A stretch of 64,000 bases of DNA from the human T2T-CHM13v2.0 reference genome, Homo sapiens. The notes under the pieces are model-generated. The model saw only the letters and a list, made by a program, of their open reading frames with translations. It had not been told where the DNA came from and ran no database searches. A program made the position numbers and the translations under genes. This document shows, one piece after another, positions 47,731-64,000 of this stretch. The stretch lies in the NCBI RefSeq assembly GCF_009914755.1, contig NC_060931.1; one strand, 5' to 3'. Each line of letters starts with the position of its first letter. Within the stretch, counting starts at the first letter, position 1.

Positions 47731-50565
47731 TACTGTACTTTAGAGTTTGAAGAAGGTAGTCCACTAGCTGATGCTATTGGAGCCACCTTGAAAATTAACC
47801 TTGGGAGTTCCTCTCTTTCCTTATCTAATCTGTCACATTGGCAAGTATGGTTAATTTGTGTTGGCAGTGCATCTGTCAATGCAAGAGACACTCCATCAAC
47901 CTGTTCTATTTTTGTGTTTGTAAAATGTCAGAGCATAGAAATCATGGTCTTTTATATAAATGAGGAAAATAGAATGACAATTGGACCTGAATTCAAGTTG
48001 TTTTTTTCACTGTCTTGTACTTTATTCACAGTGATTTTAGATGAGCCTCACATAAAGAATATTAACGAGAAATATGGAGCTATTCTACTTGAGGCTCTTC
48101 CCAAAAGTCTGCTTTGGTAAAGAGGTCTAGAATACATGCCAGGCGATTTTAAATTTTTGAATATTTATTTCATAGTAAAGGCTAAGGAGACCACTTGTGA
48201 TAGCCACAAGTTTAACAACTGTTTTGTAAGTAGATATACTAGGTGTCAGATAAATGAAAATATGACAACATTCTTGCCTTTTAGGAACATACCTCCTGGT
48301 AGATAAGTCTTGCATTAATCATTTAAGTGCAAGGTAAACATATTTTGATTGTTAGTTTTTTTCCTCTCCTGTCTCATTCTAAAGTGAAAGTAAAATAGCT
48401 GAGATATAGGTGAAAAGAGAGACAGATACAAGTGTGTGATCTCCATGAGAAATAAGTGAGCTACATTACTTATAATGCTCCGAACATGCGTAGTTCAGTT
48501 CTTGTCACCTGTTAATACTAAACACATAGAAAGGATTTTAAAAATGTAATCAGAAGTGAAGGGAGAGAGAAAGGAGAGAAAAAATCCACTGGAGCTATCT
48601 GGCTTGGTGTGGTTTTGTTTTCCTCCTACTTTGAGATGAGTCCAGTACATCTGGAGGTATTATTCAGTTTTGTATTCCAAATGCCCCAGCTATTCTAGGT
48701 ATTGTTAATGATTCAGGCTGTATCTAAAACTATCATCTGAGATTAATTCACTCATTTCTTGGGCACTTAGGGTGAACAGTGCTCTTTGTTTGTTGAGGAG
48801 AAAAAAATTAAATACAGTAAACACTAAAACTTTGTGACTGTAGTCTGTATCGCCTGGACAGTGCCATTTTGACTGAAGCACAGTTCAATCGGTAATATCA
48901 ATTGACTCTTTTTGACAAAGATAATAATGCCCAGTTTTGTGGCTATTTTAGAAAATAAAGCATAATGCTATCCTCCAATATGTTATGACACTTTGCCCTA
49001 CACTTGTTTATGCTGCTGGTTGTTTTATTTCTTCAGTTGCTCTCAATCCTTGGCAAAACTTCCTGGCAGTCTTTTATGCACAATATTTGTAGAATTGTTG
49101 AGGTGAAAGGTGTTCTGTGTATGCAGACATAGACTGGTGTTTTACTGTGTTGTGTTTTACTCGTGGCCTCTACAAAAGTGTGATTTCTGTAAGACATTTT
49201 CCTTCAGGATATTTTCTGCTGCTTTTGGCCTTTCCGACTTTATGAAGCACTCAATTTTGGATAAGCTACTGCTTTACAGCTACATATTTGATTCTTTGGT
49301 GTCAATATATATGAAAGTAAATGCTAGAATTAACGTCTGTGTTTCCGTATTTCTGAAGCCTTCATTCTGTTGAGTCTGTTTATTCTGGGTTTACTCTAGA
49401 AAAGTGTAGCTAGTTGTGTTTCCTAGTAAACAACATATTCACCATTGCTGGATTTGGGGACACATTGTGGGGGTGGGGAGAATACAGCTTGTGAGCTATA
49501 TTTAATTTACTACATTATTTTGCATTGAGCAAATCAGTGGTATCCAGACATATTTCAGTACAGATTTCTATTTATCATTTGCTTTGCAGCAGTAGATTAG
49601 CTTGGCTGGAAATCATACCTTACTCAGGTTAAATAGTTACTCTTTTTCCTAGGCCTTTCCCCTTCATCTCTTCTACATTTAACCATGGATTTAACTCTTC
49701 ACCCTATTGCTAGACAGTTACGAGCTAATTTGTAGTTATTACATAAGCAAAGTGTTTAAGTGTGTGAATCTTTTGTTTATAAATTGTATGTTAAAATATA
49801 TTTGGATTAGGAATTCTACTTTTCAGTTTAGATATCATGAGAAGGGCTATTCACTTGTCTAGGAGACTGTTGTGTTTTCTGTATTATATTTAGCTGTTCT
49901 TTATTCAAATAGGAAATAAGAATGCAGATAATTTTCCAAGGAAGGATGTTACTTTTCAGAATTAGAGGAATTATAGGCATACACCTATCTAAATACATTT
50001 TACATGGCATAATTTGATTGTCCTTTTGTAGAGATTCCATAATATTAATAGCCATAATCAGCTTTTTCTTGGCCTTGAAAATAATTTTAGGGATGCTTTG
50101 TTCTTTACTGACATGTCCAGTAGTTGGTAAGGTAGTGTGGAAGGAGCCTGGTTATTCTCTTTGTTCTGTAAGAGGCCCTTCTAGATTTACCCCATTGCAA
50201 GGAGAAGATCTTCCTCAAGGCTTCTATCTTTTCTACATGGCTCTTCTTCAACCCCCTCAGTCCATTATCCCATCATTTCTCATGGTAAATATCTTTCTCC
50301 ATAAAAGGAACTACTATTTCTTAATGCTTTCCTGGTTCTTGCTATAGACTTCCATAGGATGCACTTGGAACTTTGTGAGTGTCAGGCTTGGAGGGAGAGA
50401 ATAGGCAAAAACCTATTGATGGTTTTAGTGTGAATCCTCCAATTTCAGTTACTTTCTCCTCTAGATTGAGCAGGAGCTGATTTCTTTACTAGGTTACTTA
50501 GGGAGAAAACTTACCTCTCTAAGGCTAGCCAATTCAATGACGTTGGAGGAATATTAGAATTTATT

Positions 50566-50568
50566 TTT

Positions 50569-50611
<43 letters not shown>

Positions 50612-50618
50612 GTCTGTT

Positions 50619-50653
<35 letters not shown>
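50566..50653. repeat. Compound (TTTC)n(TC)n(AT)n microsatellite
   Basis: Directly visible. Confidence 0.9.
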
Positions 50654-50654
<1 letters not shown>

Positions 50655-52257
50655 CTGGCTCTAGAAGGAATTTAATAACTCACATTTAGTTATCAGACAT
50701 TCTGGAAATTTATAGTCTTAAATTCAAATGTGTTGAGAGGGAAACAATGTAATTTTACTATCCTTCTATGGTCATTTATTTCATTTAGTGGTGGAAGACT
50801 TGCCCATAGAGATACTGAACATACTGCTGCTCTCTTCTCCTTCAAAGGTGCTGGCTCAATGACTCACACCTTCCACCAGTTCTTATGTTAATTCCTTTCC
50901 AGGCTTTTGATTGAAGAGCATTCTCTAATAGATTTTCAGGAAAGACTCATAGGAACAATATTCCGTAAGTTCTTGCTAGTTATGTAGCAAGAACTCAGAT
51001 ATAGCTTTTTTAATCTGTAGCCTTTATACTTGAAGGTCACTTTAGCTTTATCAGATATATTTGATATGTTGATTATTTTCCCCAGATATAAGTATGTCCT
51101 TTCCGTATGTCCTTTCAAGTTATCTTTTATTTTAGGAGAGTTTTAAAAATTATAGTTTTTAGTATTTTTTGTTTTGTTCCTTTGGTCATTTCTTGAGGGA
51201 CTCCTGTTACACACACATGTTGGACCTTCTTTGCCTATGTTACATATTACTTTCTCTTGAAATCTTGTCTCCTCATTTTTTTAATTCTGTAGTTTTTTTC
51301 TTACCATTTCCTATTTCTGTTAAGGCATTATCCATTGTGTTTATTCATTCTTGTGTTTCTTGTAACTTAGTCTTCATCCCTAAAATAAGTTTTGATATCT
51401 TTTCTAAGTTTTTCCTGAGTTTGATCACCTCTATTTTCATATCTTCCTTGCTGTCAAACACATCATTTCCGAGTATTTTTTAAGTAATGAGGTTTTTCAT
51501 CACTGTTGTCATTTAAAAAAGGATTTTTAGCTTACTTTGAAATATTAGGTCACAGTTTTCATCTTATGTGAGCATGTCTTTCTGGCATGCTTTCATTATT
51601 CATAGGGACATCTTTTATTCTTTGTATGCTTTTATTCCCTTACAATAACTTTAGGAAGAATCTGCTATTTTCTGTTGTTCATTTTTTTTAAGTAAAATGA
51701 TTTTTTTTGTACTTTTAAATAGGGTGGATAGTTCATGATACCATTTCTGTCTTCAAGGCTCTAGTGCTCCCACTCTTCTTGTTTTTGTAAAATGACTTCT
51801 AAAAAAATTCTCGATTCTGCTCTCTTCCTGACTCCGTTGTCCAACTTTTTCTCAACCTTCTCTTTTCTTTGCTTCTGTCTGCTCAATTTTGATTAGACTC
51901 TCAGTAATTTCTCTTTACTGTTGGATTCCATGTTGGAAGCAGTTCTTTTTTGTTAGATTTGAGCATAGCCATATTGCTCTAGTATCTCAGACTTTATTGA
52001 GTTGATGTCCTCTTGCTTTCACTTGCAAATCAGATTGTGTGGAATCCCCTCCCAGTTTGGCTACTATTCTAGATTGGCCCTTTACATTTACCCATTAGTG
52101 AATTGTGTTCTCTGGACCATCAGAAGCCTGGGTACATTCCTTTGCTGTCTCTCACACAGATGCTGATACCACTATGGCCCAATACTTTTTTATGCTTTCT
52201 CCCAACTCATTTATATTTGGTGTTTTGTGGAGATATTTTGTGACTTTATTATGTTGT

Positions 52258-52499
52258 AGATGCCAATACTCCTTGACTTACAATGGGGGTTACATCCTGA
52301 AAAAAAAAAAGAAAATATTTTAAGTCAAATATGCATTTAATACCCCAGTAAACCCATTGTAAAGTCAAAAAATTGTGAGTCAAACTATCATAAGTCCAAA
52401 TGCTTCTTGACTTAGGTATGATGGGTTTATATCCTGATAAACACATCATAAAGTCAAAAAATTCTAAGTTGAAATATCATAAATGTGGAACCATCTGTA
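52258..52499. mobile_element. MER47/Tigger5-like DNA transposon
   Basis: ctccttgacttacaatggggg...atgcatttaatacc...aaacccattgtaaagtc...accatctgta. Confidence 0.65.
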
Positions 52500-52526
52500 T
52501 TGTCCTTGAATCTTTTGTTTGGCTAT

Positions 52527-53210
<684 letters not shown>

Positions 53211-53767
53211 CCTTTCTTCCTTGCTGTCTGTCTGTCGTTAAAATCTATTCTGCCAGCATCTTCATATTGTTGGAATACATTGACAAAACTTCTATATAAG
53301 GAACAGTCTTGAATATTGACTTATTACTCTATTTAATGGACAGAAAATGCTACATATATTACATAGATATACATAGAGATACACACAAACACACACACAC
53401 TCACACACTCTCCATATTTGTCCAGGTAATGGTTTCACTTAATACACTAACAGTGTTTGTGTTTGTGTATCAGTGTTTGAAGTGAAACTGTTACGTGGAC
53501 AAATAGGGAGAGCATGTGAGTGTATGTGTTTGTGTTTTGTGTATGTCTGTGTATTTCTGTATGTATGGACATCAATCCCAAGTAAAAGCAAGTGAAAAAT
53601 TTTAGTAGTATCCTCTACTAGAAGAGTGAATATTTTTCTATTTGTTGCCTTTATTTCTTATTAAATAAAAAGCAAATTTTGAGGGAAAATGCTTTTTCCT
53701 ATGTGTCATTATATTGAGGAAATTATTCCCTACTTTAATTATCAAGGTGTTTGACCAGTAATATTAG

Positions 53768-54430
<663 letters not shown>

Positions 54431-56152
54431 TTAAGTTCAATTAAAAAAAATAAAAATGAAAAAAAGAGAGCCTATTTTATAACCTTTGTTGTTGTGCTCT
54501 TGTTAAAAACAGTTTTTCTTTATAAATTGAGATGTAATAGTGAGCCTGTCTCATTTCATAAAAAATTTTCCAAGCTGTGGTGCTTTAACTGGAAGTTAAA
54601 TTCACAGAATTTTGTGAAATATTGTTTTCTGAGTAGGAATATTTGTGTTCCTTTTGCTTACAATATGACTTTCCACCTTTGGTCAGTTATTTTAGTTGTT
54701 TTTGTAGTTGCTAATACTTTGTGATTACTTCTTTAGTATATGAACTCATTAGTCATAGTGGATTTTAGATGTTTGGAATTTCATTAACAGAATTCATTTG
54801 AAATTTGTAAGGCTGATGAATCTCCTTCTACTAATTACTACTTTGCTAAAGTTCGTTAAAGGACTATCATTCTGCCACCTCCCAAAAAAACGAACTTAAA
54901 AAAATCTTTTGCCATATATGTAATTAAAAAAAAAAAGTATTCCAAATATCAGAGCTCCATCTTAATTTGTTGTGTACTTTTTCAGTGCTTGTTACCAGGC
55001 TTCTTGTAGCCATATTAGTGAAGTTTTCTTTTCAACCTTGATGCAAAGATACTCCCTTGAGTTTTCTTTGAAAATAGACTGAAGGCCTCCTTCTAAATGT
55101 CTTATGTGTCATTTGACATAAGTTTATTGGGTGAGCTGTAACCTAGAGAATCATGCCCAAATAGCTGCCTGACTGCATTTTTTGGTTTGTTTGTTTTTCC
55201 TGATGGACCTCAGGTTACAGAGTTTTGTCAGGCCTCATTTGGTCAGAAGCATGTTTGTTTCTCTTGTCAGCTTCTTGATTGGTTTCTTTCCAGATTCTGC
55301 AGGGCAGCCATATGGTCATTTCTGCATGTTTTCTAGATTGCTTCTGTGGTAGGGTTCCAGGTTTGGTTGATGAGTATTTCAGATTCTACCCACACTGAGA
55401 GAGCTTCAGTTTTGCTCTTTGGTTTTATTTCAGATAGCATATTCACAACTTGTGTCCTTCCTGTCACTTATCTGAAGTTCATTTGAATTTGGTGATTTTA
55501 TTTTACGTGGCCTATGTATTTGGCTAATGTTTCATCATTTTATATGTCAAGGAGGAAGACTATTAATGGCTGTTGAAGTGCTTAGATTATGCTAACTTAG
55601 GAAAACTAAATCTAGTAATAATTCTATTGGATGATAAATATTAATGTACATTAGATTGGGTAGAAAAACATACCAGTCACCTTTCCATATCTTGTATTCT
55701 CAGTTATTTTGTTACCTTTTTTTTTAAATTTATTTTGAAAATCATTGTCTATAACTGCAAGGCAAGGAGAAAATTACTTAATGTTAGTAGTGATAATACA
55801 TTAAAAACTATAGCTTTCAAGGTATTCTCATTACAGAATTAATGAAGTAAATTTCTACTAATAAAATTGAGCTTTAGGAAATTTATGCTTAGCCTTAGTG
55901 AACCAATAGCAGGAAAATTCCACACCTGTATTTATTTATGGCTATTTTTGATCTCAGGTAGATTAAGAACTATATCATTTCCAGATATTTTGAAGTTTAA
56001 GAAAAGCAACTTAATGTCTTGTATTCAGTCTGATCTTGATGAATTTGGTATTTTGATTTCAATGAAGATTGAATTAATATGAATAAGTGAAGTTAAACAT
56101 CATGAAAAACTCACTGACTACCTGTTAAAATAAAGGTTTTATAAAGTAGCTA

Positions 56153-56505
<353 letters not shown>

Positions 56506-56670
56506 TTATAAAAATTTTCAGACTTAGGGTTAAATTATTTAATGAAATTAAATTATTAAAATCTACATTTAACATATATTAGAGCAGTCTGATTTAATTT
56601 TACTCTGGCACTTTCATTTTGTAAGAGAACCTACTTTGTTTTTTTCAGACTTACATTTTTGAGGAGGTAG

Positions 56671-57017
56671 TTTTTTTTGTTTTTTTTTTTTTTTGTTGTT
56701 GTTGTTTTTTGTTTTGTTTCGTTTTGTTTTGCTTTTGAGACGGAGTCTCGCTCTTGTCACCCAGGCTGGAGTGCAGTGGCGTGATCTTGGCTCACTGAAA
56801 CCTCCGCCTTTCGGGTCAAGCAATTCACCTGCCTCAGCCTCCTGAGTAGCTGGGATTACAGGCGCCCTCCACCACGCCCAGCTAATTTTTGTACTTTTAG
56901 TAGAGACAGGGTTTCGCCATTTTGGCCAAGCTGGTCTCAATCTCCTGACCTCAGGTCATCCACCCACCTCGGCCTCCCAGAGTGCTGGGATTACAGGTGT
57001 GAGCCACCGTGCAGGCT
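56671..57017 (-). mobile_element. AluS
   Basis: Antisense full Alu; TSD aggaggtag. Confidence 0.92.
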
Positions 57018-57827
57018 CAGGAGGTAGCTTTTATTGTAACTACTTTTAACTTTTATTTGCATGCAAAATGCCTTGTTTGCGTGGTTGGGTCTTTTTCCAA
57101 AGAAGCTATAGTGTACTTTGTCTTTCTTACTTTCTAGTGTTCCTAAGCATTCTACCTTAGAGTGTTTTGTATTTAGGTTTTAAGGTTCTTATTGCCATGG
57201 CCAGAACTTAATTTATTAATAGCTACTGACCTTTTGAAGGAGCTGACTACATGTTTAAATTTATTAGATCTAAAAGTTTAGCTGCTAATTACAGATTTCA
57301 AAGAATTGGTTGACTTTTTTGCAGCAGGATATTTTCTAGAGTGTATAGTCAAGCTTTTAATGTCTCTAAATAGGTTGTTGAATAGGTTGTTGCCCCCCAA
57401 AATTTATTTTTTGAGATACAGAAAGAAAATATAATTTCTGTATTTTTATTTTTTATTTTCTACATATACATTTCTATTTTTCTGTTTTATAATATATAAA
57501 ATATTAGCAATATCATAGATATCCAGTTCATAAATAAGCAGCTACACATTACTGCATGCCTATATATTTACCAATAGGGACACTTAGTAAAAATAATTTG
57601 AAGACCATAGTTCTGACAGAGTAGTTATAGAAAGTGAACACTAAGTGTAGAGCATGTGATCTTTTTAAAGAGATAGATAAAGATTCAATGATTAAAAATA
57701 TAATAAAAGAAAAATTAAGTAAATATAGAGTAAATAAGTAAAAGTATAGATTAGAATATTATTATACAGACCAAGGGACTCATTTATAGATTGTTTATAT
57801 ATTTAACTCATTATAAAACATTAAAAT

Positions 57828-58425
<598 letters not shown>

Positions 58426-58979
58426 ACACCACCCCTTCAAAAAAACCATTAAAATGGTTCCTATTGTTTATTTACTAAACTAAAAGGAGTTTTAATAATT
58501 AAATGGACTACATACAGCGTTTCAAATTGTTTGGAGCAATTTAAGTAGAGGCTCAAGTTATTCACTTAGAATGGCGTTTCCTTATCTGGTTATAGCTGAC
58601 CTTTATATAGGCCTTTTAAATTTAGAGGTCAACTGATAAATGTCGGCTTTGCCTCTCAACAGTTTGTTGTCTTGTGTTTCTTCGCAGTGGAAGGAATTTA
58701 AAGTAAACTTTAAAATTTTAAACAAATTACTATAAATCAGATAATGGGAGATGTTAATTTTCTGTTTCCCAGTGTTGCTAAAATTAGTAGGTATTGCCTT
58801 TATAACCAGGAAAAATATTCAAAAAGTTAATATAAATAACTTCTAGTAGTATTAATAGAACTAGAAACAGTTTATGTATCTTCAGAGTTACCTATGATGT
58901 GGGGAGGAGGTAAAGATAAAGGGAGAAGAAACAAACAATAAAACAGAAAGCAATTAGCAAGGAACATTCCAAAATAGGA

Positions 58980-61060
58980 AAAAATTACATGACAAATTAA
59001 ACCAAATTTCTTATAACAATAAATATAAGTGGGATAAGCTCACCTTTTACAACCAGAAGGCTCGCTACAATGTTTTTTTCAAAAAGTATAAAAACATACT
59101 TTGTTTTATGATACACATAAAAAAATCTTTTAGGATGGGCATACCATGTAAATTAACAGAAAGAAAGCAGAAGGGGGTCATAATATTCAGTATCATAAAA
59201 TTTCAAAAATAATTAATGGGACAAATTATAATAGTGATGCATATAAGCTGTAATGTTGATGTCAAGAATCTATATGTACCCTTTACCATTATGTAATGGC
59301 CTTCTTTGTCTCTTTTGATCTTTGTTGGTTTAAAGTCTGTTTTATCAGAGACTAGGATTGCAATCCCTGCTTTTTTTTGCTTTCCATTTGCTTGGTATAT
59401 CTTCCTCCATCCCTTTATTTTGAGCCTATGTGTGTCTCTGCATGTGAGATGGGTCTCCTGAATACAGCACACTAATGGGTCTTGAATCTTAATCCAGTTT
59501 GCCAGTCTGTGTCTTTTAATTGGGGCATTTAGCCCATTTACATTTAAGGTTAATATTGTTATGTGTGAATTTGATCCTGACATTATGATGATAGCTGGTT
59601 ATTTTGCCTGTTATTTGATGCAGTTTCTTCCTAGCATCGGTGGTCTTTACAATTTGGCATATTTTTGCAGTGGCTGGTACCAGTTGTTCCTTTCCATGTT
59701 TAATGCTTCCTTCAGGAGCTCTTGTAAGGCAGGCCTGGTGGTGACAACATCTCTCAACATTTGCTTATCTGTAAAGAATTTTATTTCTCCTTCACTTATG
59801 AAGCTTAGTTTGGCTGGATATGAAATTCTGGGTTGAAAGTTCTTTTCTTTAAGAATGTTGAATATCGGCCCCCACTCTCTTCTGGCTGCAAATCAAAACC
59901 ACAATGAGATACTATCTCACACCAGTTAGAATGGCAATCATTAAAAAGTCAGAAAACAACAGATGCTGGAGAGGATGTGGAGAAACAAGAATGCTTTTAC
60001 ACTGTTGGTTTGAGTGTAAACTAGTTCAACTATTGTGGAAGACAGTGGTGATTCCTCAAGGATGTAGAACTAAAAATACCATTTGACCCAGCGATCCCAT
60101 TACTGGGTGTATACCCAAAGGATTATAAATCATGCTACTATAAAGACACATGCACACGTATGTTTATTGCGGCACTATTCACAATAGCAAAGACTTGGAA
60201 CCAACCCAAATGTCCATCAGTGATAGACTGGATTAAGAAAATGTGGCATATATACACCATGGAATACTATGCAGCCATAAAAAAGAATGAGTTCATGACC
60301 TTTGCAAGGATGTGGATGAAGCTGGAAACCATCATTCTGAGCAAATTATCGCAAGGACCAAACACTGCATGTCCTCACTCATAGGTGGGAATTGAACAAT
60401 GAGAACACTTGGACACAGGAAGGGGAACATCACACACCAGGGCCTCTCATAGGGTGGGGAGCTGGGAGAGGGATAGCATTAGGAGAAATCCCTAATGTAA
60501 ATGACAAGTTAATGGGTGCAGCAAACCAACATGGCACATGTATACCTATGTAACAAATCTGCACATTGTGCACATGTACCCTAGAACTTAAAGTATACTT
60601 TTAAAAAAAGGAAAAAAAAGGAATCTATATGTGCTAAATAATATAGAACTAAAATATAAAGGTCAAAAATGTGCAAAAAATAAAGAGAATTTTTAGAACT
60701 CAATAGTAGTTTAAAGCTTTTAGAGTACTCTTCTAAGTCTGTAACAGATAAAACTGATAATTATTCCTATATTCTATAATTTAATTCAATTGATATATAA
60801 GACAAGGAACTATATATTCTGAAAACAAAATATCTTCTCTGTAATTCATGAAACGTTTATAAAAAATGACCATGCTTTTGGTCACAGGGAAAATTTCAGG
60901 TAATTCCAATGAGTAGAAATGGGTTCCATTAGATTCTCTGCCTTCAGTATAATACAATTAGAGCTAAAGTAATACAGATAAAGAGGAAATCTGGTAATTT
61001 TCAGATCTTTTCTATCAATTCTTGGGTCAAAGGAAAAAATAAAAACTGCAGTTCTAAGCT
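58980..61060 (+). mobile_element. Ancient L1M ORF2 endonuclease-region relic, split by a younger L1
   Basis: Degenerate similarity to the ORF2 5' region (ataccatg...agaaagcag...aatctatatgtgctaaataa...gaccatgcttttggtcac). Confidence 0.6.
59279..60618 (+). mobile_element. 5'-inverted L1PA (inverted ORF1 end/ORF2 start 59279-59887; sense 3' end 59887-60618)
   Basis: Minus ORF MSGSNSHITILTLNVNGLNAPIKRH is the ORF2 endonuclease start; plus-strand [15 protein letters not shown]... and 3' UTR/poly-A; TSD gaatctatatgt at 59266 and 60621. Confidence 0.92.
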
Positions 61061-61649
61061 ATTATCTGCCTAATATGATAACATGCATTTTCTTCTGTTT
61101 TTCTGGTAAACTATGTATTCTGATTTCAGGAAGGTGAAGGACAGCATTCAATAATAAATGTTTCTTCACCCCCTGTAAAGAGGAAGGCATTTTGTTTGAT
61201 GTGAGATATGACTCTGAAAAGAGTTAGCCTTGGGAACCTGTAAATCTGTTGGATTCTATCACAGAATGCACATTAGTAGTAAATTATTTAGGATAGATAT
61301 ATGGAGAATCCTCTATAGTTATCTGTGTAGATTTGGTGTTCAGTGTGATTAATTTTTAACAGAGATTCTTGTGATACCCCTATGGGAAGGAGAAGTATCA
61401 TAGTTTGTTATGGCAGATTGATTGAACTGTGTATAATGTCTGTAGATTTTGGGTTCTTTTTACCTCTGTCCCTTGTTTGCATCTCTTGTTCAGTATTCCT
61501 CTAGGACTCAAATTCTTCGTCTGTGAATGAGGAAGTTGAATTAAAATATAAAGTTATTTATACATGTTATTTTTGTATAGCTCTGAATAAATTCATTAAG
61601 TGAGTATTGAATGTTGGTTCCTATTTAGTCTGTAGGGTTTAAACTTATG

Positions 61650-62120
61650 TTGTGATGGGAGAGAGAAACAGGCTTAGGGTGCCATGAAAGCAGAGACAGG
61701 CAAGTATATCTTAGAAGGAAGGCGAGAGGAAAGGGCATTAGGGAAACTTTCACAGAGGCAGTGTGACATCTGAACTGGTCTTGAAGATAAATGAGTTTGT
61801 CAAGTAAACAAGAAAGAGAGTTCTAGGCTCAGGAAGTAGAATGTACAGAGGCAGAAAGAATGTATTTTACCTTTGGAAAAACACAGGCCATTCATGTGAC
61901 GCTTAGCATGGGATTATGGAGTAGTAAGATATTAGGCATTGAGGTATATGGCACCCAAATCGTGAAAGCTTATTATGTCATACTAAATAATATAGGCTTT
62001 AAATTAAAGACAATGACTAACCATGGAAATGTTTTCTATTTGGGTATGACACTGTAAAATTTAGTTGAAATGGATACAGGGATAGCAGTTAGAAAACTGG
62101 CAGTTCAGGTGAGACATGAA
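61650..62120 (-). mobile_element. L2 fragment
   Basis: agggaaactttcacagagg...tgaactggtcttgaagataaatgag...tcaggtgagacatga. Confidence 0.6.
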
Positions 62121-62389
62121 TGGGAGTCTTAATTAAAATAATGGCAATGAGATGATATGCAGATTTATATAAAATGGATAGGCTTCATAGGGTCTGTGGG
62201 AGCCCTGGAAATGTATGTGAGATTTAACATGAATGTATTTTCCTTGGGACATGGTTCATACATTTCATCTGATCATACAACAGGGCTATTAGTGTAAATA
62301 TATATATCACAGGAAAAATTGACAGGATGACATTCTACAAACTATGAAGTTAGATAACTTTAAATTTTATTTTATTCACTAATGACTAA

Positions 62390-62638
<249 letters not shown>

Positions 62639-63149
62639 TAATCAAATTTCCCCAAATTTGAAATACATCCAACCAAGGAAGAAAGGAAAAATCCATTGTT
62701 TTAAATAAACTTTGCAGTAATTGTTTTTTGTCATCTGGCTTTTAGAAGTTTTGAAATTCTTTAATACTTAAATAGCACATCAGTCTATATTACATGGTTG
62801 TAGACACGTTGTAATTTTAAGAATTGCTTTCCAATACAAATTAAAATGACTGGTAACCATTTTAGAAAATATAATTTTTTAAGAAGAGTTTGCACCGTTC
62901 TTGAAAATAATTTATAAAGTAGTAACAAATGCCTAATGAAATCTATGTTGGAGAATTTATTTTTTTCTGTTTAAAACCAAGACTAAAAGCCTTCAGAGGG
63001 AAATAGAAATTAACTGTCTCATTTTCCCTGTTTTTGGAAGGATCTCCAAGCTTTTGATTTGAAAAGCTTTTCCTCCACATCAGAAAAAAAATCTGAAAAC
63101 ATCTTTATTCATGATTATCTGAGTTCTTGACCATATCTTCATAACAGTA

Positions 63150-63850
63150 GTCAATCAGCATTTATTGGCATAAAGAAGAATACTAAAAATATAAGAGATA
63201 GTCATTGGTTTTAAAAAACCTGCAGCACAGTTAGGTAGATGAGATACACATTTATAAAAATTGGTAAAAGAAGACAGTGTATAATTCGACGTTAGATGAA
63301 TGGAGTATGTAAATGTGAGGGCATTCAAAGGAAAGAGAACATTTTGGGCTTTGTAGGTTAGGGAAATAGAATAATTAGAGTTTCATGTCCGAAGACTGAG
63401 GAAAAGAGAGAGAGTTTTGGACATGATCTGTAAAACTCTGCTTCTCAGGTTTTGTCATTTTCTCAGGCAAGCTTGCAACTGTGAAATTGGCTTCTTCTTT
63501 ATCATCTGTCTCATCAGTTCTGTCCTTGTAATGTTTTATGCTGCTCTACTCTTTTGATTTCCATTCTTCATTTAGTGAGGAAGAGGATAAGTTTAATATG
63601 GCAGGCAGTGGAATTTCCAAATAGAAATAACTAGCAAAACTTAGAGGTGTGGGCCTGGACAGTTAGAGATCTGGACACAGATAATTAATTCAGAACCATC
63701 CTTCTAGAGGAGTTAGATTCACAAATATGATAAAATGTAGGTATAGAAAATAAAATTTAAAAATAATTTTAAAAAGAAAAAAATTTAAAAAAATGTACTT
63801 ATAGAGTATGAAAGAAGAAGGTCAAGTGATGGAGGACTTAGTTTTTGGAA
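63150..63850 (-). mobile_element. L2 fragments
   Basis: tcaatcagcatttattg...; agagatctggacacagat. Confidence 0.45.
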
Positions 63851-64000
63851 GGGTGCACACACACAAGAAAAAAACTAATATATTCATCTGAAAGCAGCAA
63901 GAGGAGGAGGGAGTTAATATTTATTAACTGTGTACCGTGTACTGTTTGTTTTATAACCTGTTTCATTTAATTCTCAAAAGACCATTGCAACATTACACAG

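Noticed and set aside
59203-60384. Endonuclease and ORF2 C-terminal ORFs as an active retroelement or novel gene
   Set aside because: Fragments of a truncated, inverted L1 with the reverse transcriptase missing.

Overview
Primate (almost certainly human) genomic DNA, AT-rich and repeat-dense. It contains the 5' end of GLCCI1 on the + strand: a CpG-island promoter (~26950-28760), coding exon 1 (ATG 27867, donor after 28329), a ~34 kb intron 1 and coding exon 2 (62412-62563). Intron 1 holds a full-length, sense-oriented PPIL4 processed pseudogene (38797-41474). The first ~27 kb is intergenic or divergent-lncRNA territory made mostly of Alu, L2, MIR, MaLR LTR, L1 and DNA-transposon relics. Almost all ORFs in the track are repeat-derived or GC-rich artefacts. 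Best leads: (1) the PPIL4 retrocopy appears to preserve an 80-nt L2-derived poison exon at the presumed first splice junction; (2) a three-block unique-sequence module occurs twice, 1 kb apart, in proximal intron 1, next to a candidate TATA-driven alternative first exon; (3) a ~350-bp local templated duplication sits inside an LTR; (4) a 5'-inverted L1 lies in the homologous region of an ancient L1; (5) exon 2 has a dual ACUAA branchpoint. I see no convincing evidence of a wholly new biological system. Gene, family and SNP assignments are from memory and pattern recognition, not database searches. Repeat boundaries are approximate.
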